Source of the DNA: Azolla caroliniana
Lineage: Eukaryota > Plantae > Polypodiophyta
NCBI GenBank assembly: GCA_043228905.1
Contig: JBHGNT010000008.1
Span: 11,160,001 to 11,224,000 of the forward strand
Direction: 5' to 3'
Length of the DNA stretch: 64,000 nucleotides
How positions within the stretch are numbered: the first letter of the stretch is position 1; every line of letters begins with the position of its first letter. A program made the translations under genes and the position numbers. Below are positions 22,969-35,686 of this stretch, piece after piece. The notes below the pieces were generated by a model, which was given only the letters and a program-made list of their open reading frames with translations, did not search any database and was not told where the DNA came from.

Positions 22969-25469
22969 ATGGGTATAATGAGTACATGGCACACCATCAC
23001 ACGTACATGACACGAGTGGCGAAAGTGCGTGAGCCGGAGAGCTACGCAGAAGCGGTGAAAGATGCAAACTGGTGTGCCGCGATGGAGGAAGAGATGCACG
23101 CTTTGACTGATAATGAGACTTGGGACCTAGTTGATGCACCAAAGGGTGTAAAGCCGATCGGATGTAGGTGGGTGTATAAAGTGAAATACAACACCGGCGA
23201 CTCAGTCAATCGATACAAGGCCCGTTTAGTTGCGAAAGGCTATGCGCAGAAGCACGGCGTGGACTACGACGAGACCTTTGCGCCTGTCGTGAAGATGACT
23301 ATTGTGTGTGTTTTGCTCATGGTAGTTGCGGCAAAGGGGTAGCACTTACATTAGATGGATGTAAAGAACGCGTTCCTACAAGGTGATCTTGAGGAACAGG
23401 TGTACATGGTTCAACCCCCCGAATTTCTATCCGAACAAAACACCTCAGCAATTTGCCGACTCAAGAAGTCACTCTACGGACTTAAGCAAGCCCCGCGAGC
23501 CCGGAACGCCAAGATTACGCAACAGTTGCGTACAATGGGGTTTACGACGTCGAAATCGGACTCTTCACTATTTGTTCGGCAAGGTCAATATGGACCGGTA
23601 ATTCTTCTACTTTATATTGATGATTTAGTCATCGCTAGTGCCAACCTGGACGAAATCCACCGCATAAAGTCTCAGCTTGCGGCATCATTCGAAATGAAGG
23701 ATCTTGGAGACCTTCATTACTTCCCCGGTATCAAAGTGATCCACACCCCCGAAGGCATATTGATAAGCCAGCGTCATTACGTGTTGAATATGCTCTTCAA
23801 GTTTGGGATGGCAGACTATAAGCCCATCTCAACCCCTCTTGATCGAAACGCAAAGCTTCGCCGAGAGTTGGGAAAGGCATGCGACCCAACATGGTTCCGA
23901 CAGATTGTCGGAAGCCTCATCTATTTGATGATCACTAGGTCGGACCTAAGTTACCTGGTCGAACTGATCAGAAATTCATGTCGCAACCTACAGTCGAACA
24001 CTTTCAGTGCGCGCAAAGGATATTGTGATATGTCAGCGGCACTAAAGATATGGCGTTGCTATATTGGGCAGGTGTAGCCGAACAATTAGTTGGCTACACG
24101 GATGCCGATTGGGGCGGAAATGCCCACGATCGTAGAGCCACGTCTGGATATGCCTTCTCATTAGGAAGTGTGGCGATCGCGTGGAGCAGTAAGAAGCAAC
24201 CGACAGTAGCACTGTCGAGCACGGAGGCCTAATATCGAGGGGCAATTGTCGTTACATGCGAAGTCATTTGGCTGAAGTGGCTATTACGGGATCTGCATGT
24301 GGAGGTGTCCGATCCGACGACGATCTATTGCGACAACCACAACAATGTCCACCTTGCGAAAAACCCCGTATTTCACACCCAAACCAAGCACATTGAGGTG
24401 CACTATCACTTTTTCCGCAAGCAGGTCCTTTCAGGTGAAGTCGAACTCGTGTATGTTCCGACGAATCGGCAGGTTGCCGACATCTTCACCAAGCCCCTTG
24501 GTCTTGACAAGTTGCGGCATTTCTCGGGTGAGCTTGGGATGCGCCACCTCGACACACCGAACTTGAGGGGGAGAAAGGAAGAACAAGAACAAGAGCGTGG
24601 AAGGAACGGAATTGACTGCGACGTGGAGTCGGATGAAGAATTCGATTTCAGGACGGCTGAAAAAGCCGATGAAGGAAGCAAGGGCCGTAATATTAGGGAA
24701 GAGCCGAAGACAGTTGAACAAGGAGTAAGTAAGGCCAAGATCAAAATGTGGTCCGACATTGTCAAAGGCCTGAAGACAGAAGACGAATTGGAGACAACCA
24801 ATTCGGATGAGAGCGGAATTGAATCGGAAGAGTTTGGTTCAATCGGAATGCTCGATTCAGACATCATGAATTGACTGAGGGCCAAGCGGAGAAAAGGGCA
24901 ACGGAAGAGGTGCCAACACCACGACAACGAAGGAGCTAAGAAGGGCCAAACGAGCAGACAAGCCCACCGAAAGGGTTGAGGCGCGCGGAATCGAATAGGT
25001 CGAGGAGCACGACTAAGGCGTGAAGCTAGATGAGGCCGGAGCAAAGATCTGAAAGAGTAGGTGGAACCTCAAGTTGAGCTTGAGGTGGAGTGTTGAGAGA
25101 CAAGCTCAACATTCGATGTGTAATCGGGTGCGTAAAACAGTTACGCACAACATGGCCGTAATGGTGCGGACATCGAGAGGTTGTAAGTATGGTATTCCTT
25201 GTAAGGAATAATTTTTGGGAGTTAGTGTAGTAGGCTCTTTTATGAGCAGTCAAGTATTGTCAGTACTTGTGTCAGCCAAATTTAAGGGCATGTATAAGAA
25301 GTGTTCACTGAGCACGAAATATGTATAGAGCGTTATTATTTTTGAAATAGAACAGAGTTGTCTACTCTCCCTCTCCCTCTCTGCGTTTTCTGTGTTTTAC
25401 CGAACTGTCGTTTTCTGAACTATGTACTCTATGTTTCACATACGCTTCCGCACACATATTCTTTTACAC

Positions 25470-26638
25470 CCTTCATCCTCTAGAGTCTTTCCATCCTTGT
25501 CATTCACAATTTATGGCTCCTTTGTTTGCTCTGAAGATGTCAAAGTTTGAATCTGATCATGAGTTGTAGGCTCTTCATGTACCACTACCACTACATTATT
25601 TCTTTTTTGAAGACACTCATCCATAAAATGCCCCAACACACCACAATGGAAACAATGTCCTGCAAATGTACCCCATTTTTATATCAATTAAGCCGAAAAT
25701 ACATGAGAGGAATACCAGAGCATGCAATTTGTAAACAACTTGGCCTCTTTATAGCAGTATTCCAAAGAATACACATTCGATATCGATTTTGAGCATTAGC
25801 ACTAGGAGGCACCACGATCTTTCCCAAGTTTTCCATTGTTGATCATAATATTGGCCAAACCACTGAATATGTGTACTCTACCTCAACCCATACATGACAC
25901 TCTTGCTTTAATATATCTTGGTATTCCACTAGTGGCCTCCATGGAACAAAATGAATCAAACTTTTCTCATAAAAAATTTATTGAGTAACTTCTCTTTATA
26001 CTCTTGTGATGCCAAAACAACCTCATAAAACCCACGAGGACTAGCATAAACATCTTCAACACAATCAGCTTGTAAAATCCCACGTAACCGTTGTTTGACC
26101 CTCCAAAGGAAAGGTAACTTCCCTGTGAAAAAAAATATGACCCCTCTATCAAAAAAATTAGCAAATGAGCCCAAAAACTCCTTTTTGTCTATTTCTACCT
26201 TAGTCACTTCATCATCAACAAACTCCTCAACAACTTTTACATTCTCCCTTTTACAATCTTCCATTAGTATATTTGCCATGCATCTTAAATGTTCCCAATG
26301 ACTATCGTCTTTCTCCATATCATCTTGTTGCATTGCATCAACATAAGACATGTCATTACTATTATCTCCAATACATCATTGTCTTTTACCATCCCCGCTT
26401 GGACTTGATACTGGTGCAACCATGCATGCATCCTTTGAAGATTTTGGAGACTCATCCATATTAATGAAAACACTAACATCCATTCGTAATATTCTACAAA
26501 AACCACCAAAAGATATGTGTAGATACTCTTTAGAAAGCTCTCCGTGAAAGCTTCAAAATGAGCCAAAGAACAAAGGAAACGGACACCATACCAAGAAGAT
26601 ATCCGATACATCAAAAATAGAGTTTGCACTTCTCCAAC

Positions 26639-26640
<2 letters not shown>
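25470..26640 (-). pseudogene. L1-like LINE ORF1 relic (DUF4283-like domain plus CCHC zinc knuckle)
   Basis: GVIFFFTGKLP...RGFYEVVL, then VWVEV and CFHCGVLGHFMDEC (~25615-25655), with frameshifts. Confidence 0.6.
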
Positions 26641-26680
<40 letters not shown>

Positions 26681-29141
26681 TATTGGTATGTTGGTGCAGG
26701 TTGGCTTCTTGTTGGTTTTACACTACAAAACTGTTTATTTGCATACATTAACCATTAGCGCCTACATTGTTCTTGTGTAGTTTATATAATATTATGCCAT
26801 GAGGACTATGCACTATATTCAAAACATAAACCTCATGGTATATAAATAATGTGTCTTTGATGTACAAATCGTATTTAAGTGTACAATGCTCACCAAATGT
26901 GTGTGTAGGTTCAAGCTATATCAATTAGTACACAAAAAAATGCAATCTTGCCATATTCTAATCAATCCAACTTTTATAGGTTATCTCTAGGTTTTTTGTT
27001 TTATTTATTCTTTGTTTCTCTTTTACAGTTTCATGGATATCAATTCATTATGCTAGGCATTGAGGGGCAACACATATCACACTTTGTTTTGCATGTATTC
27101 TTGCAAATAGGTTGGGTTCACATATACATAAGCGGAAGAAGCTAAAATATGTCTTTTCCAAATCAAATGAGAATTCACATTTCAAACTAGTTCATCATAA
27201 TTTTGTAGACACAAGGAATCTTTTCTCCCCTCGTTTCCTTTATGATCCCACCATCTTGTCCTTGGGGCTACACTTGAAAGGAACATCGGCTTGCTAGAGG
27301 CATAATTTGATTGCATATTTATGTAAAAGCAAAGTGGCATACATGGTAAAATTGTAAGACGATAAAAGTGTACAAGTGAGCGTGCCATTTCCTAATGATA
27401 ATGTGAAAGCTACGATAGTGAAAGCTACTCGAAAACCATCGTAAAGTTATTGGAAAATGGTTTTACAATCTAAGCTTTCTTGCTTGAAGGATATATGATA
27501 CACCAACTTATCATCTGTAAATGAATACGATGCTTGTATCACACATGCATTTTTTTACTCATGGGAGCTATTTCAAAGATAGCATTATCCTTTCTCTATA
27601 TAAGTATGTACATGCAATAGGCCCGAGCCAAAAAGTCACAAAACAAAAGTAAATCCTTACAAAATGTATGAGAATGAAAAGAGAATCCCAACTTGTTTCT
27701 GATGAATGCAAGAATGAGCAATTCTTAGGCCTCGAACTTCATGATCGTAAATAACATGGCAAATTATTCCAAATCCATTCATAAAACATATGAATTTTGG
27801 GGTTTGAACTTGTTAAACATTTGTTGGGAATGTGGAACATATAAGCTCTAAGGATGGAAATCATGATATTGCACAAATTTCTAACTTGTTGGTAGTGGTT
27901 GCAATTGTTGAGTGCATTTGAGGCTTCAAAGATGATTGACTAAAACCCACAGTTTATCTTATTGCGAAATCTTCAAGGACAATAAGTATGGTGTCAAACT
28001 CACTTTTTTATGGATGTGCATAGCTAGGTAGTCCATTTAAAATCTCTTTCTCGGATATGGAAGAGGCTATTCATCTTCTTGTGTAGACTCTAATGCTTGC
28101 AAATGTTGGGGGTTCAAACTTTGATAGATAATTATGCTCCTTTTCCAAAGCATGCAATGACTGGTTTTGAGCAATGATAAACCATTGCCATGCAATGTTT
28201 GTGGGGAAGGCTTGAACTTGGTTACATCCTACTTCTACAATTGCTTTCTATGGTGGTGTGGGGGTCAAATCCGTTCGAATGCATGTGGAATCCAACTCCT
28301 CTTTGTAAATGCCCTTTGTTGGAGTTACAATGTAAATATCAGCTTTCAACTTTGTTCAAGTGCACAAGCTTGTTGAGGGTTCACATTTTGTGTGCTGAAT
28401 TTCACTAGTTCCAAATGCAAGGAAACAAAACATCAAGGCTCAATATTTCGTTGTTGAAGTGGTGAAACACTTATTGAACATTAGATAGGCACCACAAGTA
28501 GTAACAACAACTAACTCAACACTTTTATGAGGAATGGAAGTGTCACGTTGTGAGCGTCGGCAACTCCTACAAAATACCGAACATAGATGACTGATTCGAG
28601 GTATACTATCCTAAGCGAGTGCTTGAAATGCAACAACGCAGGAGGAACATGTAAGTAAGTCGAGAGGAGAGCAACAATGCCCATGCCAATGCCCATGCCC
28701 ATGCCCATCAAGAGAGAGGCACCATTCCTTTGGGTGAGAGAGAATGATCATGTCATGTACATATGTAGGGATGGATGGAGGGTAGTAAGGCCGGCCTAGT
28801 GCTTATTGCTTACTACTAACGCGCATGGCTTCGCTTCACCCTTCCACACTTCCTACTTACTCATCCTACTACCTATTATATATGTACATACATATATATA
28901 TGTATATATATACATATGTACATATTGATATTATATTACGTAGGAGGTAAAAGCAATTCCCCCTCCCCCTACCCTACGCCTGTCTATCTCTCTATCTACA
29001 TTCTACATGTATACATAACGTATGTATGATGTACATACATACATACATTCTCTTCTTCTTCTTCTTCCTACATACATACATACATAACATAAATACTAAA
29101 TAACTAAAACCTATATTTCAATATTTGGGCTTTTCTCCTTT

Positions 29142-29192
<51 letters not shown>

Positions 29193-29249
29193 CTGGACTC
29201 TGTAGTTTTCCATCTGCTCTTTCTCTCCCATCTTTCTCTTCCCTCTAAA

Positions 29250-29550
29250 ATGAGTAATGTTATCCCTAACTCATCATGTCTCTCATCCTCCATCATTCTC
29301 TGCAGTAGTAGTAGTAGTAGTAGTAGTAGTAGCAGTAGTAGCAGCAGCAGCAGTAGTAGTAGTAGTAGAAGTAGTAGTAGCGCAGGATCATCCCAGCAGC
29401 CGTCAATCTTAGCTAACATCGATGAAGAGGAGGAGGAGGAGGAGGAGGAGGAGGAGGAGGAGGAGGAGGAGGAGGAGGAGGTGGTAACCACATGTCGGGA
29501 TCTCAATATCACTCGCCGCTCCAATTTCTCCAGCACATCCTTGCCTACTT

Positions 29551-29582
<32 letters not shown>

Positions 29583-30364
29583 GTGACAGCCCACTTCATC
29601 CTCGAGAGACTTATGGTAAGCTCACCATTCATGACTCATCTCTGTACCTCCAAAACGGCCCACTCTTTAACCATAGCCAGTGATGGGTGGCCATATTTCT
29701 ACCTCATTTCTATTAGTGGGTTGCGTGCACAGCATATACTTTTTTGTTTCCCGGAATTGAACGTGTGGACTATCATTTCGGGTGATTCATCTTTTTTAAT
29801 CCCTCCAATTCCTTGTTTCGCTCGTTTAATCCCTAATATGTATCACTCTAATTCAACCCACAATTACTCTAAATAACCCTCTTCATCGATCATTTCTTGT
29901 GATTTCTCTTCTTTAAACACTCCAATTAAAACTTTAAACAACTGTTCCTTGGCGATTAATTATCTCATTTAAATGCCAGTTACATGTAATGTTCTATCCC
30001 AGGCTTTGCATGCATGTTCCATTCGCACCTCAATACCCAAACACTTAAACAGGGTGCACAACTTCAAATTATGCTTTTTCCCATTGTTATACTTAGCCAT
30101 AGGAAGCTTACAAACAAATGGTCTCTCACTCGATTGACCTCAAATACTGCAAGCTCATCCGTTGTATTTGGGTTTTTGAAAAGAGTGACAATAATAGCCC
30201 ACTCATGCTAAAATTCTATTCAATGTTTTGTTTGCAGGATACAAGTTCTTTCAGCTCAAGAAGGAGCTCTCATAGCAGTGCTCCTCCATCCTACCTTGGA
30301 AATGGTGGTCTTGGAACCTTTCCTTTCTCCCCGAAACAGACACATGATTTGTCGGTAAATCTCA

Positions 30365-30408
<44 letters not shown>

Positions 30409-33133
30409 CCTGCCAAAGATTAACAAGGACATGGATTTTCCAGACGTGGCTCTTGTCAGTGCAGGAAATAGCGCACATCCAGAACTTGGTTCAGTTAGCT
30501 GTGTCGAGGGAAATAAGGCATCAGACAACTAATAAGATACATATTGGGTCCAATGATAAGACAGCAGATAGAATTGATGAGAGCATAATTCGGCTTCTTC
30601 AGTGCGGCTAGGCTATACATAGTTAGAGCGTAGTTCACTGGTTGCATTTGTCCTACATTTATTTCTCTTCTGCATTAGCTCCCACCCCATCACTTTTTCT
30701 GATGCGTCGTTTGTATAGATAGGCATGCAAAATTCTGTTTTCCAGGTAGGACCTAATATGTACATACTTAGTAACTATGCATGAGCTGGTGGCATATGTA
30801 TGTATAATAATATGTATGGAGGCTCGCCTAAAAAGCTTTAGTATGCTGAGAGTACTAATGTACTATTATTAGGGAGAACATGTGGAGAAGTGAGTGGACC
30901 CCTTTTTCCACACTCTGAAAAATATAATATGTTACTACTACTACTTACTGATTGGGTTTGGTTTCGTTGATTGATGTCACAACGTAACGTTCTCCCAATT
31001 TCACAGTTGTGTCGAAGCTCAAGTGGAGTGAGAGTGAGAGTGAGAGTGGCGTCAATGAAGGGGTGGTTGAAAGACATGAAAGAGAGAAAGAAGGAGAGAG
31101 TGCGAGCCCATAATGCGCAAGCTCACGCAGCGCTATCAGTTGCAGGCGTGGCCGCCGCCCTGGCTGCTGCCATCACAACTACCTCCTCCTCTTCTTCTTC
31201 TTCTTCTTCCATCCATGGAATGCAGATGCAGAATAAGGCGGCGCTCGCCTCTGCTGCAGCCCTTGTGGCTGCACAATGTGTGGAAATGGCAGAGAGAATG
31301 GGGGCGGACCGTCACCAACTCTCATCTCTCCTCACCTCAGCAGTTAGCATCAAAAGTTCGGGAGACTTAACAACCTTGACTGCTGCTGCTGCTACAGGTA
31401 TGCTTCTTCTTGTTTTTGAATGTTGCCAGTCTTTGATGTGACTTGGACGGAAAAAGGGAACTCTTGTAACTTGCTAATCTATCTACCTATCTATCTATAT
31501 ACATATGTATGTTCTACACATACGATATGATGACATGCTGGCTTTGACTGACTTAGACTTAGACTTAGACTTAGACTTAGAAGTGTTGTAGGTCTACAAG
31601 CTTAAAATCTTGTATGGCTCGACAAGGAGTTGGAAATGTGTATATAAAATTACTTGTTATAAGCAATAGGTTTGAGGTGGGTTTTCCTGAAGTTCCTTGC
31701 CTTGCCTTTTAACTTGGGAAATGACCTCTACTCTGCGTGTTGGACTTCACAACAAGAAGGACAAAAATGCTGACATCATATTTGACTCGCCATATAAGGA
31801 AATTCCAGCATCATATTTGACTTGGCTACGACTTTCCTATACATACATACATACATACATACATACATACATACATACATGAGTTGAGTTGAGTTGATTA
31901 AGAATCTGCTGTAGATTTACATAGGAGGACATGCAATAAAAAATATGTTTCACTTGACAGTGACATGCAAACAGCATGTTTGACTTGGCTTAACGTGAAA
32001 GCTAACACAATCTCACTATGATGTACTTTGTTGCCCTGCCTTTTTTGCAGCATTGAGGGCTGCCAAAACCTTGAAGGCAAGGGCTTTAAATAACAACCCG
32101 AGCCATGCTGCAGTTATTCCTTACGAGAGAGGATGCGGCAATCAGATGAGTAATTCCAGTGGAGAGCTAGGGTCCGAGGAGAGTGAATCCGAACTACCTA
32201 ACCACGAATTCTTGAGAAGGGGACACGAGTTTCTGAAAAGGACAAGGAAAGGTAAGGACTGTTTTTCGGAATTTATTTGTTTGAATCGTGGAACCTCACA
32301 TTTTTCAAAGTAACTTGCTTGACATTAGTGATTGGGTGAGGTTACAGGAGAAGTGCATTGGAGGAGTCTTTTTGTCTACATAAACAAAGAATCTGAGGTA
32401 CTGATTGTTGTCGTTGTATGCAAAACATTTTGGATTTTGTTTTGTTCACAAAATGCATTCGTTTCAATGGCACTCATTCAATGTAACATAACAGGTGATT
32501 GTCAAGTCACAAGGAAAATACATAGGAGGCACTATCACCAAGAGCAAAAGACGTAAGCAACTCAAAATACTTTTCAAGTACTCTGTCATTTGCTTTCCCT
32601 TGGAGTATTTATTTGCTTTCATGTGCATTTTCATTTGCTTTCATGTGGAGTAATGGAGGATTTAATAGGCATTTTCATTGGCTTGCATGTATACTAGTTC
32701 TAGAGAAGTTTCATGGGCTTTCATGTGCCTTATTAGAGGATATTCATTTGCTTTCATGTGTGAAATTGGAGAATTCAATGTGCACTTCCATTTGCTTTCG
32801 CATGTCTTATTAGAGGACAATTTGAACCTCAAAGCTTACCATCTTGACCTTGTAAATGAATATTGGAAAAATATGGTATTCATTTCGACTGGTTGATTCT
32901 GAACATTAGTTGTGACACATAACCAACCAGGTATAATCTTGGACGTCATATTCGATATCCCAGCCTGGCAAGGGAGAGATCTATTGGATACTGTCCATGA
33001 AAGAAAATACTTTGGCATCAAGACCGACATGGGGGTAATGGAGTTGGAATGTAAAAACGAGGCGGAGTATCGATTATGGACACATGGCATATCATGTTTA
33101 CTCTCTCTTGCTCAACAACAGAGAACTAAGTAA
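29250..33133 (+). CDS. FORKED1 / VAN3-binding protein-like (DUF828 auxin canalisation plus plant PH_2 domain), ~461 aa. Exons 29250-29615, 30238-30354, 31007-31397, 32051-32251, 32348-32397, 32495-32552, 32931-33133
   Basis: All introns are GT-AG and phase-consistent (1386 nt). Motifs [91 protein letters not shown] and YFGIKT...W..GI. Confidence 0.92.
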
Positions 33134-34059
33134 AAGATTGATAATTTTTGTGTAATAATTTCTTGTAACTGTTCAACACACACATGTATAATAAATCAAA
33201 TTTCCTCTATAGTCATTGTATCATGTATGGGATCACGTTTCATAGCTCAAGAAATAGAACTTTCAAAGCAAATGTATGTTTACAACAATGAATAGAATGC
33301 TGTGAAAGAAGTTTGGAATCAGTTATGGTTTCATTTTTTTGGCTATATATGGTATTAGTATCAAAGTTAGGGCTACATATTGTTTTTTGATTGATTTAAA
33401 ATAATATCTGATTCTTGTCACTTGCTTGTCCGTTCACATTTAAAAGCTTTCTTCATGCCTTTATGGAAATGAACTCATCACTATGGTAAACAACATTGCT
33501 ATTGCTTCATGCTTACAGATCTATGGAATAACTAGTAGACATGATTGGATACCTCTAAAGAGAAATGGACCAACATCAGCCAATTGCTTTTTTTGCATTG
33601 TTCAAGTGGAAGATATTACTCGTTTCACATCAGTTCAATTGCTCAACAATGGGTGTTTACACAATTCGAAAAACCTTAACCCAGGATTAGAGATGGAGAT
33701 CGTTTTCTTTTTATGAGGTATTGAGGATTGCATCATGATTGGGAGATACTCAATATGGAGATAGAGCATATCTATACAAGTTGGATTATTTATGTGGTGG
33801 TGAAATAAAAATAAATATAAAGAAAAGAGTTTTAGCGTCATACAAAAATGTTATGGGATGTAGCATGTTCTATAGAGGAAATAGCCGTATGTGTTGAGAT
33901 TGGTTTCATTTCCATCTAACTCTCTTGAAAAGGAGCAAGGGGTTGAAGGGTTTCGATGTGGGTGTGGCTCGTTGTCTCGATGATGTGCGTGCGTGTGCTC
34001 CTCAAGTAGGGGGTTGAAAGGGCCTTGTCGAAGAAACCTCTTTGTCATAAACAAGGGGT

Positions 34060-34270
34060 TGATCGAAAGAACCTTAGTTGAAGGCTCCACTAGTTGAAAG
34101 GTCCGTCGTCAAAGGATCCACTAGTCGAAAGAACTCTTAGTCGAAAATTCGACTAGTCGAAAAGTCCCTCGTCGAAGGATCGACTAGTTGAAAGGTCCTT
34201 AGTCGAATGTTTGTCTAGTCGAAAGAATCTTAGTCGAAGGTTCGACTACTCGAAAGTTCCTTAGTCTAAG
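34060..34270. repeat. Short tandem array of TAGTCGAA / TCGACTAGTCGA palindromic units
   Basis: About a dozen tagtcgaa-type units, including TTCGACTAGTCGAA. Confidence 0.75.
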
Positions 34271-34674
34271 GATTCCTGAGACACAAATGCTCAGGCGTGG
34301 ATGTTCGCCTGCATGACATGAACGTATGAAACACGTTCACATTCACAAGTGGAAGGATCGCACATTCCACTTGTAGATTCTTTTTATAATTGTGAAAATG
34401 TATGCAATCTACAAAAACTTGATACACCTAGTATCACATGTTCCACTACCTGATTAGAATTTGCAAAATTATTAATATGTAAAAGGTTTCAAAATAGAAA
34501 ACATGTGGTTTTCAATACAATTTTAAAGTTGATGATCTGCAGATGCGACTATAGATAATTTCGAGACTAGCACAATGGCATACTTATTTGACACAAGTTA
34601 AAGTTTCAAAACAAAGTTTCTATATTTAGGAAGGTTTTTGTGAAAAGGTGAGGTGTTCATGTATCAATACTATA

Positions 34675-34776
34675 AAAGTGAGTTAGATTCAAGAGACTTA
34701 CTATCACTATAATGGTCTATATAGCAAAGTGAGTTAGATTCAAGAGTCGTAGTATCACTATAATGGTCTATATAGC
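34675..34776 (+). repeat. 51-bp tandem duplication
   Basis: AAAGTGAGTTAGATTCAAGAG...TAATGGTCTATATAGC occurs twice. Confidence 0.85.
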
Positions 34777-35229
34777 GTTTCGTATGTAGGTTTAAGTACA
34801 TTATGAGATTGTAGATGCTAGGATTGGAAGTGAATCACACTATATATTTGTGATTAGGTGAATCTTTTAGGATAGTGGACCTTAGGATAATGTTAGTGAA
34901 AAAGAAAGGATATCAAACGATGAGTGTCTATGATTAAAGTTGCGACAACCACTCTCAATTAGCAATGTTTCGACAAAATTGAACAAAACACCTCAACCAT
35001 AGAAACCCATGAATACCCTTGATATTGGACTCAACGTTTATGTTTAATATCATTGAAATCCAAAGGTTCAATTGGCTATTATGTGCACTTGAATCCAAAA
35101 TTAGAGAGAATTGGAAACCTCTAAACAAAAGTATACAAATAATATTAAAACACGTGATATAAATAAATCTTCATATTAAAGAGTTTAATTCATAAGTTTA
35201 CATAGTATATCAAATACAATGTTCCACAT

Positions 35230-35686
35230 GGCAATCGAGTCATCTACGTCATTATCCTCTTCCTCCTTTCGAGAACGCTCATCACAAGTATGTGCATTGA
35301 TTTCTTCACCACCTTGCCGAGCAACCGTAGGGTCTTCTATAACCTCATCATCAAGGTCAATTAGCTCCCAAGTTCACTAGTTAAGGGAGGAATAGGCTCA
35401 CGAGAGGCGGGTTGAAACTGCTCAATATAAGTGATGTGCTTTGCACAAACCTCTTCATCTTGGTCTGGGCATTCCCACAAGGCCTTTATCCTCATACTAA
35501 TAAAGATCACTTGCTCATCGTCCTTCTCCAATGCCATAGTATTTGGGAAGACCTTTAAGGCGCACACAGACGTAGTACTTATAATCAAAGTGACGGGAAG
35601 ATTGAGTTAGCGAACCCTTAAAAAGTATTTTGATTACTTGAGCAACAACAACCTGGTTTAAGGATACCTATGCTAGAGAACAAGTC
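35230..35686 (-). pseudogene. ParB-MTase copy 2: last exon and end of motif I
   Basis: STTSVCALKVFPNTMALEKDDEQVIFISMRIKALWECPDQDEEV aligns with copy 1 GTTTACALKMFRNCVALEKDPEQVNYIKMRIQGIWDCPNQDQEV. Confidence 0.9.

Larger units (their letters stand above)
12926..25468 (+). mobile_element. Ty1/copia family B copy 1, degenerate. Truncated 5' LTR 12926-13250, PBS-Met 13251-13262, gag-pol relics, 3' LTR 25091-25468; hosts nested insertions
   Basis: PBS TGGTATCAGAGC. Gag motif (EKLD..NY..W), protease WYVDSGASNHM, integrase YTPQQNGVAE, RT motifs YKARLVAKG and LYIDD, RNase H. PPT ahead of TGTTGAG...TTTTACA. Confidence 0.9.

Noticed and set aside
27450-28500. Possible decayed coding or TE relic upstream of the host gene
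   Set aside because: No recognisable motif in any frame I could read.
29111-29632. 173-aa minus-strand ORF with poly-Leu, Ser and Glu
   Set aside because: It is the antisense shadow of microsatellites in exon 1 of the FORKED-like gene.
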